32,000 bases of DNA, from the NCBI GenBank assembly GCA_000025185.1, contig CP001848.1, forward strand, positions 4,710,001 to 4,742,000. Reading direction: 5' to 3'. The notes under the pieces were generated by a model that searched no databases, had not been told where the DNA came from, and saw only the letters and a program-made list of their open reading frames with translations. This stretch comes from Pirellula staleyi DSM 6068 (GTDB lineage: Bacteria; Planctomycetota; Planctomycetia; Pirellulales; Pirellulaceae). Each line of letters begins with the position of its first letter. Position 1 is the stretch's first letter. The position numbers and the translations under genes were made by a program. This document shows positions 8,468 to 18,426 of this stretch, in pieces.

Positions 8468-8517
8468 AAAAAACGCCGCGTCACTCTCTCGGGAATGACG
8501 CGGCGTTTGTTTTTCTT
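8468..8517. terminator. Bidirectional rho-independent terminator between convergent genes
   Basis: A perfect 13-bp stem pairs AAACGCCGCGTCA (8471-8483) with TGACGCGGCGTTT (8496-8508), with a 12-nt loop. It is flanked by an A-run upstream and TTGTTTTTCTT downstream. It lies between the stop at 8396 (+) and the stop at 8628 (-). Confidence 0.75.
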
Positions 8518-8627
8518 GTCGATGCCCGGCGCGATGAGAGCGCAGTTCAGTTTTTTATAGCGGCTGTTTCGACCATTTCCGCTCTGATTACAAACGCCAC
8601 GCACACAACTCGTCCGTGCGCCAAGCA

Positions 8628-9161
8628 CTAATACTTTAGCAAGCTAAACGACGAATAAGGGGCGAGGGTCTTCACGCCACCCAGAGCAACCAGTTCGATG
8701 GCAAACGCGCAGCCCACCACCGTGGCACCAGTCCGCTCGATCAGCCGACAGCAGGCGCCCACCGTACCACCGGTGGCCAGCAAATCGTCGACCACCAGCA
8801 CTCGCTGTCCCGACTTCAAACCGTCGACGTGAATTTCCAGCGTGTCGCTTCCGTACTCGAGTTCATAGTGGAACGAGTGCGTATCGAAAGGAAGTTTGCC
8901 GGGCTTACGGACTGGTACGAATGCAGCCCCGAGTTGCACCGCCATCGGCGCGGCGAAAATAAATCCGCGTGCCTCGGCGGCAACGATCGCATCGACTTTG
9001 GAGTCCGCAAAGGGCTCGCACAAACGGCGAATCGATTCCTTGAACGCTGGAGGACTCGCCAGTAGGGGAGTAATGTCGCGGAACAAGATTCCTGGCTTCG
9101 GAAAATCAGGGATGTCGCGAATAAAACTTTTCAGGTCCAAGGCGCTGCCGTCGGTCATCAT
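8628..9161 (-). CDS. apt: Adenine phosphoribosyltransferase
   Basis: Near-textbook Apt signatures are present: [67 protein letters not shown] at 9161 lies 5 nt after GGAG; the track start at 9173 is a TTG. Confidence 0.92.
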   Translation of the reverse strand: MMTDGSALDLKSFIRDIPDFPKPGILFRDITPLLASPPAFKESIRRLCEPFADSKVDAIVAAEARGFIFAAPMAVQLGAAFVPVRKPGKLPFDTHSFHYELEYGSDTLEIHVDGLKSGQRVLVVDDLLATGGTVGACCRLIERTGATVVGCAFAIELVALGGVKTLAPYSSFSLLKY

Positions 9162-9329
9162 CGTGCTCCGCAATTACTCAATCAGACGATTCACAGAGGG
9201 AACCAAAGCGATCGACGCATGACGCTGCGACCGGACGCTCCACTTTGCCCGCGAATATAGAGTTCCCCGCGAGCACTTACAAAGGGGAGTCGTCGCGCGA
9301 GCTCGGTGCAGTGCCGGTTTTGAAATGCA

Positions 9330-10070
9330 CTACCGGCTGAAATTCCAGGCATCGTTGCCATAGCGATCGCGCACCAGTTGATCGAGCTCGCTCTCGCTGG
9401 GACGAGCACTTTCACCAGCCGCCCCGAAAGCATGCACTAGCGCATGCTCGAGGGCTATTCGATCAATCTGCAAATTCGTTACGAACTGCTGATGGTCGCG
9501 CGCGGCTCGATACTCGGGTTCGCGAGGGGGTGGCAACAGCAGTTCACTGACGAGCGCGAGTTCAAAGTCGATCAGCAGCGTGCCGTGATACAGCAGCCAG
9601 TCGCGTTTTACGCGCAAGCTGTTTCCCGAAACTTTCCGGAGCACGCTCTCTTCACCGAACGCTGGCAAGGCGATATCGCTCGTGCCAACGATCGCGGCAT
9701 CGAGCCCAGCGGCTGCTCGCAGGGCCACGGCCAGCCGCGTCAGCACCGTTTGATGGGCCAGATCGAGGTGCCGCAGTTGGGGTCGGCGCTCGATCGACAG
9801 CAGCACGCTGTACATCAAACAACCTGGTCCCCCCACAATCGTTCCGCCGCCACTCACGCGGCGCAGCACAGGGATTTTTTTGTGACGACAGAGATCCAGC
9901 CGCACTTCGCGCGCGGCTTCGCACGATCTCCCCAGCACCACCACCGGCTCGGAGAATTCCCAAATCCGGAGCATTTCTTCCGCTTCGCCGCGCTCAGCCA
10001 TTTCTAGGAGCGCATCGTCAACCGCCAGCGATACGCGCGGGTCTACGGGTGACCACCGAAGCAGTTTCAT
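9330..10070 (-). CDS. Biotin/lipoate A/B protein ligase family protein (LplA/LipB-like catalytic domain only)
   Basis: It has an ATG start. Motifs are typical of the BPL_LplA_LipB domain (LRIWEFSEPVVVLGR; PVLRRVSGGGTIVGGPGCLMYSVLL; KVSGNSLRVKRDWLLYHGTLLIDF). At 246 aa it has no LplA C-terminal domain. Confidence 0.7.
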   Translation of the reverse strand: MKLLRWSPVDPRVSLAVDDALLEMAERGEAEEMLRIWEFSEPVVVLGRSCEAAREVRLDLCRHKKIPVLRRVSGGGTIVGGPGCLMYSVLLSIERRPQLRHLDLAHQTVLTRLAVALRAAAGLDAAIVGTSDIALPAFGEESVLRKVSGNSLRVKRDWLLYHGTLLIDFELALVSELLLPPPREPEYRAARDHQQFVTNLQIDRIALEHALVHAFGAAGESARPSESELDQLVRDRYGNDAWNFSR

Positions 10071-10250
10071 GTCACGGAGTTAGCAAAAAGCGATGGCGAA
10101 GAAACAGGGGCCCCCACGATGTGCCAAAATCGACCAATCGGCGACTTCGCGCCCATTTGGCGGTGAAGCGGAGTCTCGAATTGCGGGACTCTGCCAAGCT
10201 GAGAGCAGGGGGACGTGCCTTGACGCTCTCCGGGCTGCTCCTAGACTAAC

Positions 10251-11480
10251 ATGTTTACCCCCGATGTGTTCACGCGAACAGCGAGGGTTTCGAGCCAGAT
10301 CTACTACCGACCTACCACTCAGCGACTGGCTGAGCGGTGTCGAGATGCGAGAGATTTCGAGGCGATGACCGACCAGCGACCGACCGACAGCGTAGAGAAA
10401 GCCAGTTCCACCGACGAGCATTCGAAGGTCAACCGGCCCGACGATTCGTTGCCGCCGGTCGAGCCCCCCACCGCCACGTTCATTCTGCAGCTGTTCCTTA
10501 TTCCACTGGCCATCGTCTCGATGGTGGTGCTCGTTTGGCTGATGTTCAGCTGGATGGCCCAGATGGGGCGCGACAACCCCGATCAACTCGTGAGTCAGCT
10601 TCGCAAACTCGACGATCCAAGCTGGCAACGGGCCTACGAACTGGCCGAGCTTCTGCGAAGTTCCGATCCTGCCTACGCCAAGCTTCGCAAGGATGAGAAG
10701 CTCGCCGACGAACTCGTCTCGATTCTCGAAAACGATCTGAAATTCAGCGATCCCAAAGAGATCACCGACGCCCGCATTCAGCGGCGAGTTTATTTGTGCC
10801 GCGCGATCGGCTCGTTCGAGCTCGCTTCGGTTCTTCCGATTCTTTGCAAAGCTGCCACCGAGCCCCAAAAGCTCGTGGATGGTGAAGATGTCGAGGTTCG
10901 CATCGCCGCGCTCGAAGGGCTTGCAATGCTCGCCAGTAATTTGCAAGTCTCCCTCTCTGATGCCGAAAAAGCAAAGCTCCTCTCGACAGTGATTGCCTGC
11001 TCGGAATCGAAGTCTCCGTCTACGCAAGAGACGAATCCCGCTGGCTACATTCCCCAAGCGGAAGTGCGGGCTGTCGCCGCATACACGCTCGGTGTGATTG
11101 ATGGTGACGAAGCGACGGCACGCCTCAAAAAGATGCTGGTCGACACCTATTCCAACGCCCGCTACAACGCCGCAACAGGCCTCGCGCGGCGTGGAGATGT
11201 CGCTGCGATTCCGGTGCTGAAAGAAATGCTCGACCCCGAAAACGAACTTTCCGCGCGGGATGAAAGCAATCCCAACGATCAAGATCGCAAACGGGTGAAC
11301 GTCGTTCTGACTGGCATTCAGGCCACAATGACACTCCACAAAGTGGCTCCCGACGCCGATATCAGCGAACTTGTCGATCGCATCGATCAGCTGCGCAATC
11401 ACGAGTTCAAGCTGATCATCAGCAGCCAACCCCGCATTCAGTCGATTGCCACGGAAGCAATCCAGCGGCTGAAGCCATAA
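10251..11480 (+). CDS. Membrane-anchored HEAT-repeat protein
   Basis: TM helix is FILQLFLIPLAIVSMVVLVWLMF, followed by HEAT/PBS-lyase-like repeats (VRIAALEGLAMLA; VRAVAAYTLGVIDGDEATARLKKML; ARYNAATGLARRGDVAAIPVLKEML). An alternative ATG start exists at 10365 (MTDQRPTD). Confidence 0.65.
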   Translation: MFTPDVFTRTARVSSQIYYRPTTQRLAERCRDARDFEAMTDQRPTDSVEKASSTDEHSKVNRPDDSLPPVEPPTATFILQLFLIPLAIVSMVVLVWLMFSWMAQMGRDNPDQLVSQLRKLDDPSWQRAYELAELLRSSDPAYAKLRKDEKLADELVSILENDLKFSDPKEITDARIQRRVYLCRAIGSFELASVLPILCKAATEPQKLVDGEDVEVRIAALEGLAMLASNLQVSLSDAEKAKLLSTVIACSESKSPSTQETNPAGYIPQAEVRAVAAYTLGVIDGDEATARLKKMLVDTYSNARYNAATGLARRGDVAAIPVLKEMLDPENELSARDESNPNDQDRKRVNVVLTGIQATMTLHKVAPDADISELVDRIDQLRNHEFKLIISSQPRIQSIATEAIQRLKP

Positions 11481-11664
11481 GGCCGAGCTCGATCGCCTTT
11501 GTTCAGTAGGTTCCTGCTCGGATTTGAAGGCCCCGAACTTCTCCGTCAAGAGACTCGCGGCCCACGCGCTGTCGCGTTACTATAAGTCGATCGATGTTGC
11601 GCTCGCTTCTCCCCGTTCGAGCCAACATTTCCTCGATTCCTCGACTTCATGACGGCGGCGAGCG

Positions 11665-13893
11665 ATGAAGAAACCTGCAAGTGGTGGCGGCTGGCGTGCA
11701 ATCCTGTATTCGCTAAAAAAAGCACGCGAAGTGGGTGGGTTCTGGAAACTCTGGACCGCCATGCGCAGCAAGAATGCGTGCAAAACCTGCGCGCTTGGCA
11801 TGGGTGGCCAGCAAGGTGGCATGGTCAACGAGGCAGGCAGTTTTCCCGAGGTTTGCAAAAAATCGCTGCAAGCTATGGCCGCCGACATGCAAGGCGCTGT
11901 GCGCGACGATTTCTGGTCGACCTATTCGCTGGCTCAGTTGCAAAAATTCACTCCCCGCGAACTCGAGCACTGCGGCCGGTTGACTGAGCCCGTGGTCGTC
12001 GAGCCTGGCAGCCAGTATTACCGCCCCATCACCTGGGACGATGCCCTCGGGCGGATCACCAAAAAACTGCGCGAACTCGAAGCGAGTCAGTCCTTCTGGT
12101 ACTTCAGCGGACGAAGTAGCACCGAAGCAGGCTTTCTTCTCCAGCTTCTCGCGCGTCTGTACGGCACCAACAATGTGAACAACTGCAGTTTCTACTGCCA
12201 TCAAGCCAGCGGCGTCGGCCTGCAATCGAGCGTCGGCACTGGAACCGCCACGATCGAATTCGAAGATGTCGAACATGCCGACATGGTGATGCTCATCGGC
12301 GGAAATCCCGCGAGTAATCATCCACGGCTGATGTCCACGCTCATGGGAATTCGCAATCGCGGCGGGGAAGTGATTGTCGTCAACCCGGTGCGTGAGCTGG
12401 GGCTCGTGAACTTCCGCGTTCCCAGTAACACCTGGAGTATGTTGTTCGGCACCAAGATCGCCTCGCTGTATTGTCAGCCTCACATCGGGGGCGATCTCGC
12501 CCTCATCAGTGGCATTGCCAAACGGGTCGTAGAACTGGGTGGCGAAGATCGCGAGTACCTGAAAAAGTACACCACCGGCCATGAAGCATGGCTCGCCAGC
12601 CTCGAGCAAATGTCGTGGGCCGAGATCACGGAGAAGTCAGGCACGACGCGTGAAGAAATCGACGACATCGCGCGCCGCTACATCAAAGCCAAGAAGGTGG
12701 TGTTTGGCTGGACGATGGGCATCACGCATCACGTCAACGGCGTAAAGAATGTGCAAGCGATCGCCAATCTCGCGATGCTGCGAGGGATGGTCGGTCGTCC
12801 CGGCGCGGGGCTGATGCCGATTCGTGGCCATTCGAACGTGCAAGCGATGGGGAGTGTCGGCGTCACACCGAAACTGAAAGATGCCATCTTCGAGCGGCTT
12901 GAAAAAGAATACTCCGTAAAACTCCCGACCTCCCCAGGTCTCGATACGCTCGGCTGTATGGAAGGGGCCATGGACGGGAGCCTCAAGTTCGGGCTTTGCC
13001 TCGGGGGAAATCTCTATGGCAGTAATCCCGACGCCACCTTCGCCGGAAAATCGCTCGCCCAACTCGACATGCTGGTCTACCTGAGCACCACGCTGAATAC
13101 CGGCCATGCGCACGGCATCGCCAAAGAAACAATCATTTTGCCAGTGCTCGCGCGCGATGAAGAACCGCAAGCGACCACGCAAGAATCGATGTTCAACTAC
13201 ATTCGCCTCAGCGACGGTGGTCCGCGCCGCCATGAAGGGCCGCGTAGTGAAGTCGAAGTGATCGCCCGCATCGGCGAAGGGGCACTCCCCAAAGCGCCGC
13301 TCGACTGGCAAAGCATGACCAGCACCGGCAAGATTCGTCAGGCCATCGCCAAGGTCGTTCCGGGTTTTGAACAGATCGCCACGATCGACAAGACCAAAAA
13401 AGAGTTTGCGGTCGCCGGTCGTGTGCTCCACGAGCCGAAGTTTCCCACCAAAGATGGAAAAGGGGTGATTCATACGCATGAGTTACCACCTCTGCTCGGC
13501 ACAGGCAATCAGCTGCGACTGATGACGGTCCGTAGCGAAGGGCAGTTCAACACGGTGGTGTACGAGACGGAAGATCTCTATCGTGGACAAGAGCGCCGCG
13601 ATGTGATTTTGATGCACCCCGACGATCTCGCAGCACGCGGTCTAAAGCACGATCAGCTCGTCTCGGTCACCAGCGAAACGGGACGGATGGAGAACCTGCT
13701 CGCGCGCTCGTACAGCGACATCCGTGCTGGCAATGCGCTCGTCTACTATCCCGAAGCCAACGTGCTGGTCCCCCGGTCGGCTGATCCCGAATCGAAAACC
13801 CCCGCGTTCAAGAACGTGCTCGTGGTGGTCGAACCGATGCCGGCCAAACTTCCGGTGGTATCGAAAAAACGGGCTGTAGCAGGGGCAACCTAG
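11665..13893 (+). CDS. FdhF/YdeP-family molybdopterin oxidoreductase (formate-dehydrogenase-alpha-like)
   Basis: The N-terminus has the YdeP-style layout (GGGWRAILYSLKKA...CKTCALGMGGQQGGMVNEAG..EVCKKSLQA). Molybdopterin oxidoreductase blocks follow (FYCHQASGVGL; DMVMLIGGNPASNHPR; GMVGRPGAGLMPIRGHSNVQ), with a C-terminal MopB-like barrel (VILMHPDDLAARGLKHDQLVSV). The ORF is uninterrupted at 742 aa. Confidence 0.85.
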   Translation: MKKPASGGGWRAILYSLKKAREVGGFWKLWTAMRSKNACKTCALGMGGQQGGMVNEAGSFPEVCKKSLQAMAADMQGAVRDDFWSTYSLAQLQKFTPRELEHCGRLTEPVVVEPGSQYYRPITWDDALGRITKKLRELEASQSFWYFSGRSSTEAGFLLQLLARLYGTNNVNNCSFYCHQASGVGLQSSVGTGTATIEFEDVEHADMVMLIGGNPASNHPRLMSTLMGIRNRGGEVIVVNPVRELGLVNFRVPSNTWSMLFGTKIASLYCQPHIGGDLALISGIAKRVVELGGEDREYLKKYTTGHEAWLASLEQMSWAEITEKSGTTREEIDDIARRYIKAKKVVFGWTMGITHHVNGVKNVQAIANLAMLRGMVGRPGAGLMPIRGHSNVQAMGSVGVTPKLKDAIFERLEKEYSVKLPTSPGLDTLGCMEGAMDGSLKFGLCLGGNLYGSNPDATFAGKSLAQLDMLVYLSTTLNTGHAHGIAKETIILPVLARDEEPQATTQESMFNYIRLSDGGPRRHEGPRSEVEVIARIGEGALPKAPLDWQSMTSTGKIRQAIAKVVPGFEQIATIDKTKKEFAVAGRVLHEPKFPTKDGKGVIHTHELPPLLGTGNQLRLMTVRSEGQFNTVVYETEDLYRGQERRDVILMHPDDLAARGLKHDQLVSVTSETGRMENLLARSYSDIRAGNALVYYPEANVLVPRSADPESKTPAFKNVLVVVEPMPAKLPVVSKKRAVAGAT

Positions 13894-14090
13894 CTGCTGC
13901 TCGCTTCAAGCAGTCGGTTCTCACGCATGCCAATTCGTGGGCACTGACAGCGGTGTATGTTTGCGGACCTCGCAGGAATCGCGCTCGCCCCCTTGGTAAA
14001 GCGCAAGGTTTGCGGGGACTGATCGGAATCTATCGATCAGCAAGATCTCTCCCGTTCTGAGTTCTTCCGCAATCGCGAGCGAAACCACCG

Positions 14091-16343
14091 ATGAATCGAA
14101 CGACCTCGCTCGGCATTGCCCTTTGGTCGGCAACCACCATTCTGGTCTCCGCGTTTCTGCTGTTTCAGGTTCAGCCGGTCATCAGCAAAACGATCTTGCC
14201 TTGGTTCGGCGGCAGTCCTGCCGTCTGGACCACCTGCATGCTCTTCTTTCAGCTCGTGCTCCTCGCAGGCTACGCCTATTCGCACCTGCTGATCACCTAC
14301 CTTACGCCCCTTAGACAAGCGATCTTGCATAGTGGTCTGCTGGTGATTGCGATCATCACCCTTCCGATCACCCCCAGCGATTTCTGGAAGCCCGAGAGTG
14401 GCGAGTATCCAGCGCTACGGATTTTGCTTTTGCTCCTTGCCAAAGTCGGGCTCCCCTATTTTTTGCTCTCCTCGACCGGACCACTCGTGCAGGCCTGGAT
14501 TGCTCGCACAACTACCAGCGCATCGACCTACCGGCTGTATGCGCTCTCGAATATCGGCTCGCTCGGCGCGCTCCTGTCGTATCCCTTTTTGATCGAAACG
14601 CAATTCTCGGTCGTCACTCAAGGGATTAGCTGGTCGATTGGGTTTGGTCTCTTCGCGCTTTTGTCAGGCGGTCTTTCGATTGCGATCGCGCGCATGACGC
14701 AAGCCGACGCAACCGCGACCGCAGCACCTACACCCATGCCACAGCCCGCCAGCGATGCTGCGGAGACAGGCATGGAGCCTCCGAGCCAATTTTGGCAGCG
14801 CGCCACATGGATCGTGCTCCCAACGATCGCTTCGGTCGCCCTCCTGGCGATCACCAACTACGTCTGCCAAGACATTGCCGTCACCCCTTTCATGTGGGTT
14901 GTGCCGCTGAGTCTCTATCTTCTGTCGTTCATCATCTGCTTCGACAGTCCGCGCTGGTATGTCCGCAAGCTCTGGGGCACACTCACAATCGTCGGCATCT
15001 TGCTGCTCAACTATTTGCTGCGCTACGAGAAGATTGATTCGTTCGTGAAGTCGAGGCTCGGTTTCGAGCTCACACTTTCCGACACCATCAACTGGCTGCT
15101 CTCCGTGATGCACATGAAATCGAGCGTCGAAGATTTTGAAGGGAGCCTGATGGCCCAGGCGGTGGTCTATCTCGCGATCTTGTTCTTCGTCTGCATGGTA
15201 TGTCACGGAGAACTCGCCAAACGCAAACCCGAGCCGCGCGATCTGACCCTCTATTTCCTGCTGATCAGTGTCGGCGGAGCGCTCGGCGGGATTTTGGTGG
15301 CGCTAGTTTGTCCTCTTGTCTTCAAGATGCATCACGAACTCGCGATTTCGATCACGTGCGGCATGCTTGTCGGCTGGATTGCGATTGTGGCCGATGGCAA
15401 AACAACGTGGCTTGTCGGTCGCGATTGGCTGCAGTGGGTGATGGCCTTCGTGCTGGTTGGATGTGTGCTCGCAACGGCCAGCGCGCAGATCGAGGCTGCT
15501 AATCCCAACGTCATCGCCATGCTCCGCAACTTCTATGGCACCCTCCATGTGCAAACCTATGATCCCGAGAACGAAGTGAGCCAAGGGCGCGCGCTCTATC
15601 ACGGGCGTATCTTGCACGGCTACCAGTACCTGAACGAAACGCGCCGCTATGAGCCGACCACTTACTACATTCGCGGCAGTGGCGCAGGTGTCGCCGTCGA
15701 GAACTTTCCCCGCGCCGAAAACGAACCACTCCGCGTGGCGGTGATCGGCCTTGGCAGTGGCACCATGGCCACGCATGGTCGCAAGGGTGACGTTTATCGT
15801 TTCTACGACATCGATCCCAAAGTGATCACGATTGCCAACAACTACTTCACGTTCCTGAAGGACTCGCTCGCCACCACCGAGGTTGTGCTCGGCGATGCTC
15901 GCATTCAGATGGAGTCGGAGCTCAAAAAGAGTGGCTCGCAGCAGTACGACGTGATCATTCTCGATGCGTTCTCGGGGGATGCGATCCCGGCGCACTTGCT
16001 AACGGTCGAGGCAATGCAGATCTACGAGCAACATCTGCGCACCAATACCCAGGGAGAAGTGCAGGGGGTGATCGCGGTCCATATCAGCAATCGCTACCTC
16101 GACCTAGAACCGGTGGTAATTGCCCTCGCTGAAAAACAGAAGTTCCAGGCGATCCAGGTCTCGGTCGAAGAGGGAGAAGACAACGGGGATACCGGGAGCG
16201 ACTGGATTCTGCTGACTCGCAACGAAGAGTTCCTCGCGCAGCCCGACGTGATCCTCGGAAGCACAGTCCTGAAGACCGACGGCAGCTCGAAGAAACTCCT
16301 CTGGACCGATCAACACAACAGCTTGTGGCCCATTTTGAAGTAG
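14091..16343 (+). CDS. Fused polytopic membrane protein / spermidine-synthase-like SAM-dependent transferase
   Basis: The N-terminal ~460 aa contain many hydrophobic helices. The C-terminal domain has a SAM-binding VAVIGLGSGTMA motif and the spermidine-synthase-like motif YDVIILDAFSGDAIPAHLLTVEA. I recognise this architecture as the 'fused MFS/spermidine synthase' family. Confidence 0.75.
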   Translation: MNRTTSLGIALWSATTILVSAFLLFQVQPVISKTILPWFGGSPAVWTTCMLFFQLVLLAGYAYSHLLITYLTPLRQAILHSGLLVIAIITLPITPSDFWKPESGEYPALRILLLLLAKVGLPYFLLSSTGPLVQAWIARTTTSASTYRLYALSNIGSLGALLSYPFLIETQFSVVTQGISWSIGFGLFALLSGGLSIAIARMTQADATATAAPTPMPQPASDAAETGMEPPSQFWQRATWIVLPTIASVALLAITNYVCQDIAVTPFMWVVPLSLYLLSFIICFDSPRWYVRKLWGTLTIVGILLLNYLLRYEKIDSFVKSRLGFELTLSDTINWLLSVMHMKSSVEDFEGSLMAQAVVYLAILFFVCMVCHGELAKRKPEPRDLTLYFLLISVGGALGGILVALVCPLVFKMHHELAISITCGMLVGWIAIVADGKTTWLVGRDWLQWVMAFVLVGCVLATASAQIEAANPNVIAMLRNFYGTLHVQTYDPENEVSQGRALYHGRILHGYQYLNETRRYEPTTYYIRGSGAGVAVENFPRAENEPLRVAVIGLGSGTMATHGRKGDVYRFYDIDPKVITIANNYFTFLKDSLATTEVVLGDARIQMESELKKSGSQQYDVIILDAFSGDAIPAHLLTVEAMQIYEQHLRTNTQGEVQGVIAVHISNRYLDLEPVVIALAEKQKFQAIQVSVEEGEDNGDTGSDWILLTRNEEFLAQPDVILGSTVLKTDGSSKKLLWTDQHNSLWPILK

Positions 16344-16695
16344 CTCGTCGTCCCTTGATCGCACGATGTATGTGATTGGTAAAAGAAACGTATTTCTCGT
16401 GAAAACCGCGCGAAAGGTTGCCGGTTCTCACGAAGATCGCTGACGCTCGGGGCGAAGTAGGAAATAGATACGAAGTTGCCAGTCCCAGATGATCAGTTCG
16501 CCATATCGGGACTGATGCACTACGGGCTGAGCCGGTAGAATGCTGCGTCTTATCCTGGTGCGAGCGCACAGAGGCTGAAGGCGGAGCCAGCGACTCGACC
16601 AGCATGCCGGACGATGAGCTACCCCCAGCGTGGTAGCGAAACATCGGCGCCGGAATGGTTGCGTGCGAATTTTTTAGCGCGGGGAGCCGCCCAAT

Positions 16696-18324
16696 ATGTC
16701 GCGGATGGTTTCATTCGTTGTGCTGGTGGTGATTCTGATCGTCTTCGCGGTCCTGTTCGTCCGCGTGATGCAGAGTTTCCTGCTCCCTCTATTCTTGGCC
16801 GCACTGCTGGGAGTGGTGTTTCAGCCGCTTCACCGCTGGTCGCTGCGGGTTTGCAGAGAGCAGAACTACATTGCCGCCACGTTCACCACCATTTTGGTGC
16901 TGCTGAGCGTGCTGGTTCCTGTTTCCGCCGTGGTGACGCTTGCTACGCTCGAAGGGCTGTCGCTGATCGAACAGCTGCGCGTGGAAAATGTTCGCGAGAA
17001 GCTGGCCGATCTGCGGGCTCAGTTTTCGCTCGATATTCCTCGGGCGGGCGACCTGCGCCGTTTGGAAGCTTCACTCAACCGTTGGCGCGACGAACAGCGT
17101 GAAGGGGAGACCCCCGTTTTCACGCAGGCTGCTGTCGACAACTTGATTCGCCGCGCCGACAACCTCGAGGAATGGCAAAAAGAAAACGCCAAGATATCGT
17201 ATCCGGCCAATATCGAAGCGTTCCGCGAAGTGCTGGTCAATCTGCGTGATTCGGCCCCAGAAACGATCGAGCGCGACGACGCGCTGATCGCCGCCGATGC
17301 CGAGTTCCGCGTGTTTAAGCGAGATTTTCTCGGTGGACCGTACCGAGCCTGGCTCACGGAACTTGCCAATCCCACCGACGAGCAAATCGAAGACTTACGA
17401 CAAAGCACCTTACTGACCGCCAGCTCGCCGCTGGTGTCGCTCGGCAGCGATACGGTGGCCATTGTCGGCAAACTGGCCTTTGGTGTAGTGATTATGGTGG
17501 CGGCACTTTTCTTTCTGTTCGCAGAAGGTGGAAAGATGCTCAACGCCGCGATTCGACTCTCCCCCCTCGAGGAACGCTACGTCCGCGAACTGGTCGGAGA
17601 ATTCGACCGCGTTTGCCGCGCTGTGGTAGCTGCGACTTTGCTCTCCGCTGTGGCGCAAGGAATCTTGGCCGGCATCGGCTTTTACTTCGCCGGGGTACAG
17701 CATGCCGTCGCGCTGCTGATGGTGCTCACCTGTGTGCTGGCGATAGTTCCGTTCACCGGAGCTGCTGCGGTTTGGATCCCAACCTCGATCTACCTGTATT
17801 ACGACGGCCATACGACAGCCGCCATCTTGCTAGCAATCTACGGCGCGGCGATTGTTTCCACCGCCGACAACATCATTAAGCCATTGGTTTTGCACGGTCA
17901 ATCGAACCTGCATCCGCTGCTGGCACTGCTGTCGGTGATCGGCGGCATTCAGGCACTCGGCCCAATTGGCATTTTGGTGGGTCCGATGGTGGTGGTGTTC
18001 CTGCAAACGCTCCTGAAGCTCTTGCAGCGCGAACTTACCTCGCTCGATCGCGCGGAAGAAGGGGGAGCTGTTGGCTGGGCGGCGCTTTTCCGACCTCGCG
18101 CGGCGGCTGGCAATGCTGGCACTAGCAAGCCGGGCGATGAGCATCACCACGACTCCTTCTCTAGTTCCGAGGAAGATTCAACCGCAACGACCCATTCGGG
18201 CGATGAACACGACAAGAATGTCGACGTCAAAACTCGTCCAGCGGAAAAGCCCAACGGTCATGGATCGGCTGGAGCGAAGGGATCGACCAGCGGCCCCAAG
18301 GGGAAGTCGAAAAAAAGACGATAG
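16696..18324 (+). CDS. AI-2E family (PerM/YhhT, UPF0118) transporter with a large soluble insertion and a charged C-terminal tail
   Basis: ATG at 16696 follows GGGGAG. The family signature lies near the C-terminal helices (TADNIIKPLVLHGQSNLHPLLALLSVIGGIQALGPIGILVGPMVVVFL). A ~160-aa helical, charged insertion sits after the third TM helix, and a ~90-aa hydrophilic tail ends in KGKSKKRR. Confidence 0.8.
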   Translation: MSRMVSFVVLVVILIVFAVLFVRVMQSFLLPLFLAALLGVVFQPLHRWSLRVCREQNYIAATFTTILVLLSVLVPVSAVVTLATLEGLSLIEQLRVENVREKLADLRAQFSLDIPRAGDLRRLEASLNRWRDEQREGETPVFTQAAVDNLIRRADNLEEWQKENAKISYPANIEAFREVLVNLRDSAPETIERDDALIAADAEFRVFKRDFLGGPYRAWLTELANPTDEQIEDLRQSTLLTASSPLVSLGSDTVAIVGKLAFGVVIMVAALFFLFAEGGKMLNAAIRLSPLEERYVRELVGEFDRVCRAVVAATLLSAVAQGILAGIGFYFAGVQHAVALLMVLTCVLAIVPFTGAAAVWIPTSIYLYYDGHTTAAILLAIYGAAIVSTADNIIKPLVLHGQSNLHPLLALLSVIGGIQALGPIGILVGPMVVVFLQTLLKLLQRELTSLDRAEEGGAVGWAALFRPRAAAGNAGTSKPGDEHHHDSFSSSEEDSTATTHSGDEHDKNVDVKTRPAEKPNGHGSAGAKGSTSGPKGKSKKRR

Positions 18325-18426
18325 CTGTGACCTAACTTCCACCGCTTTCGCTATTTACCAAAACCCTAGCTTTTGGGTACGATAGGGCCCGCGAGAGTTG
18401 ATTAGAAGCATTGTGAGGAGCGGGCG

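Noticed and set aside
10080-11549. A 489-aa minus-strand ORF opposite the HEAT-repeat gene
   Set aside because: The plus-strand frame has a TM helix and repeated HEAT-like units. The minus-strand product has no pattern and looks like a typical GC-rich antisense ORF.
12637-13479. Minus-strand ORFs 11713-12609 and 12637-13479 inside the molybdopterin oxidoreductase gene
   Set aside because: The plus-strand frame carries unmistakable YdeP/FdhF motifs over the full 742 aa. The antisense ORFs are shadows.
16344-16695. The 352-nt intergenic region upstream of the AI-2E transporter, examined for a tRNA, riboswitch or sRNA
   Set aside because: It contains only weak features: a TAGAAT -10-like hexamer near 16535 without a good -35, and a 7-bp hairpin CAGTCCC/GGGACTG. 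No cloverleaf or known riboswitch core sequence is recognisable by eye, and the overlapping ORFs on both strands look spurious.
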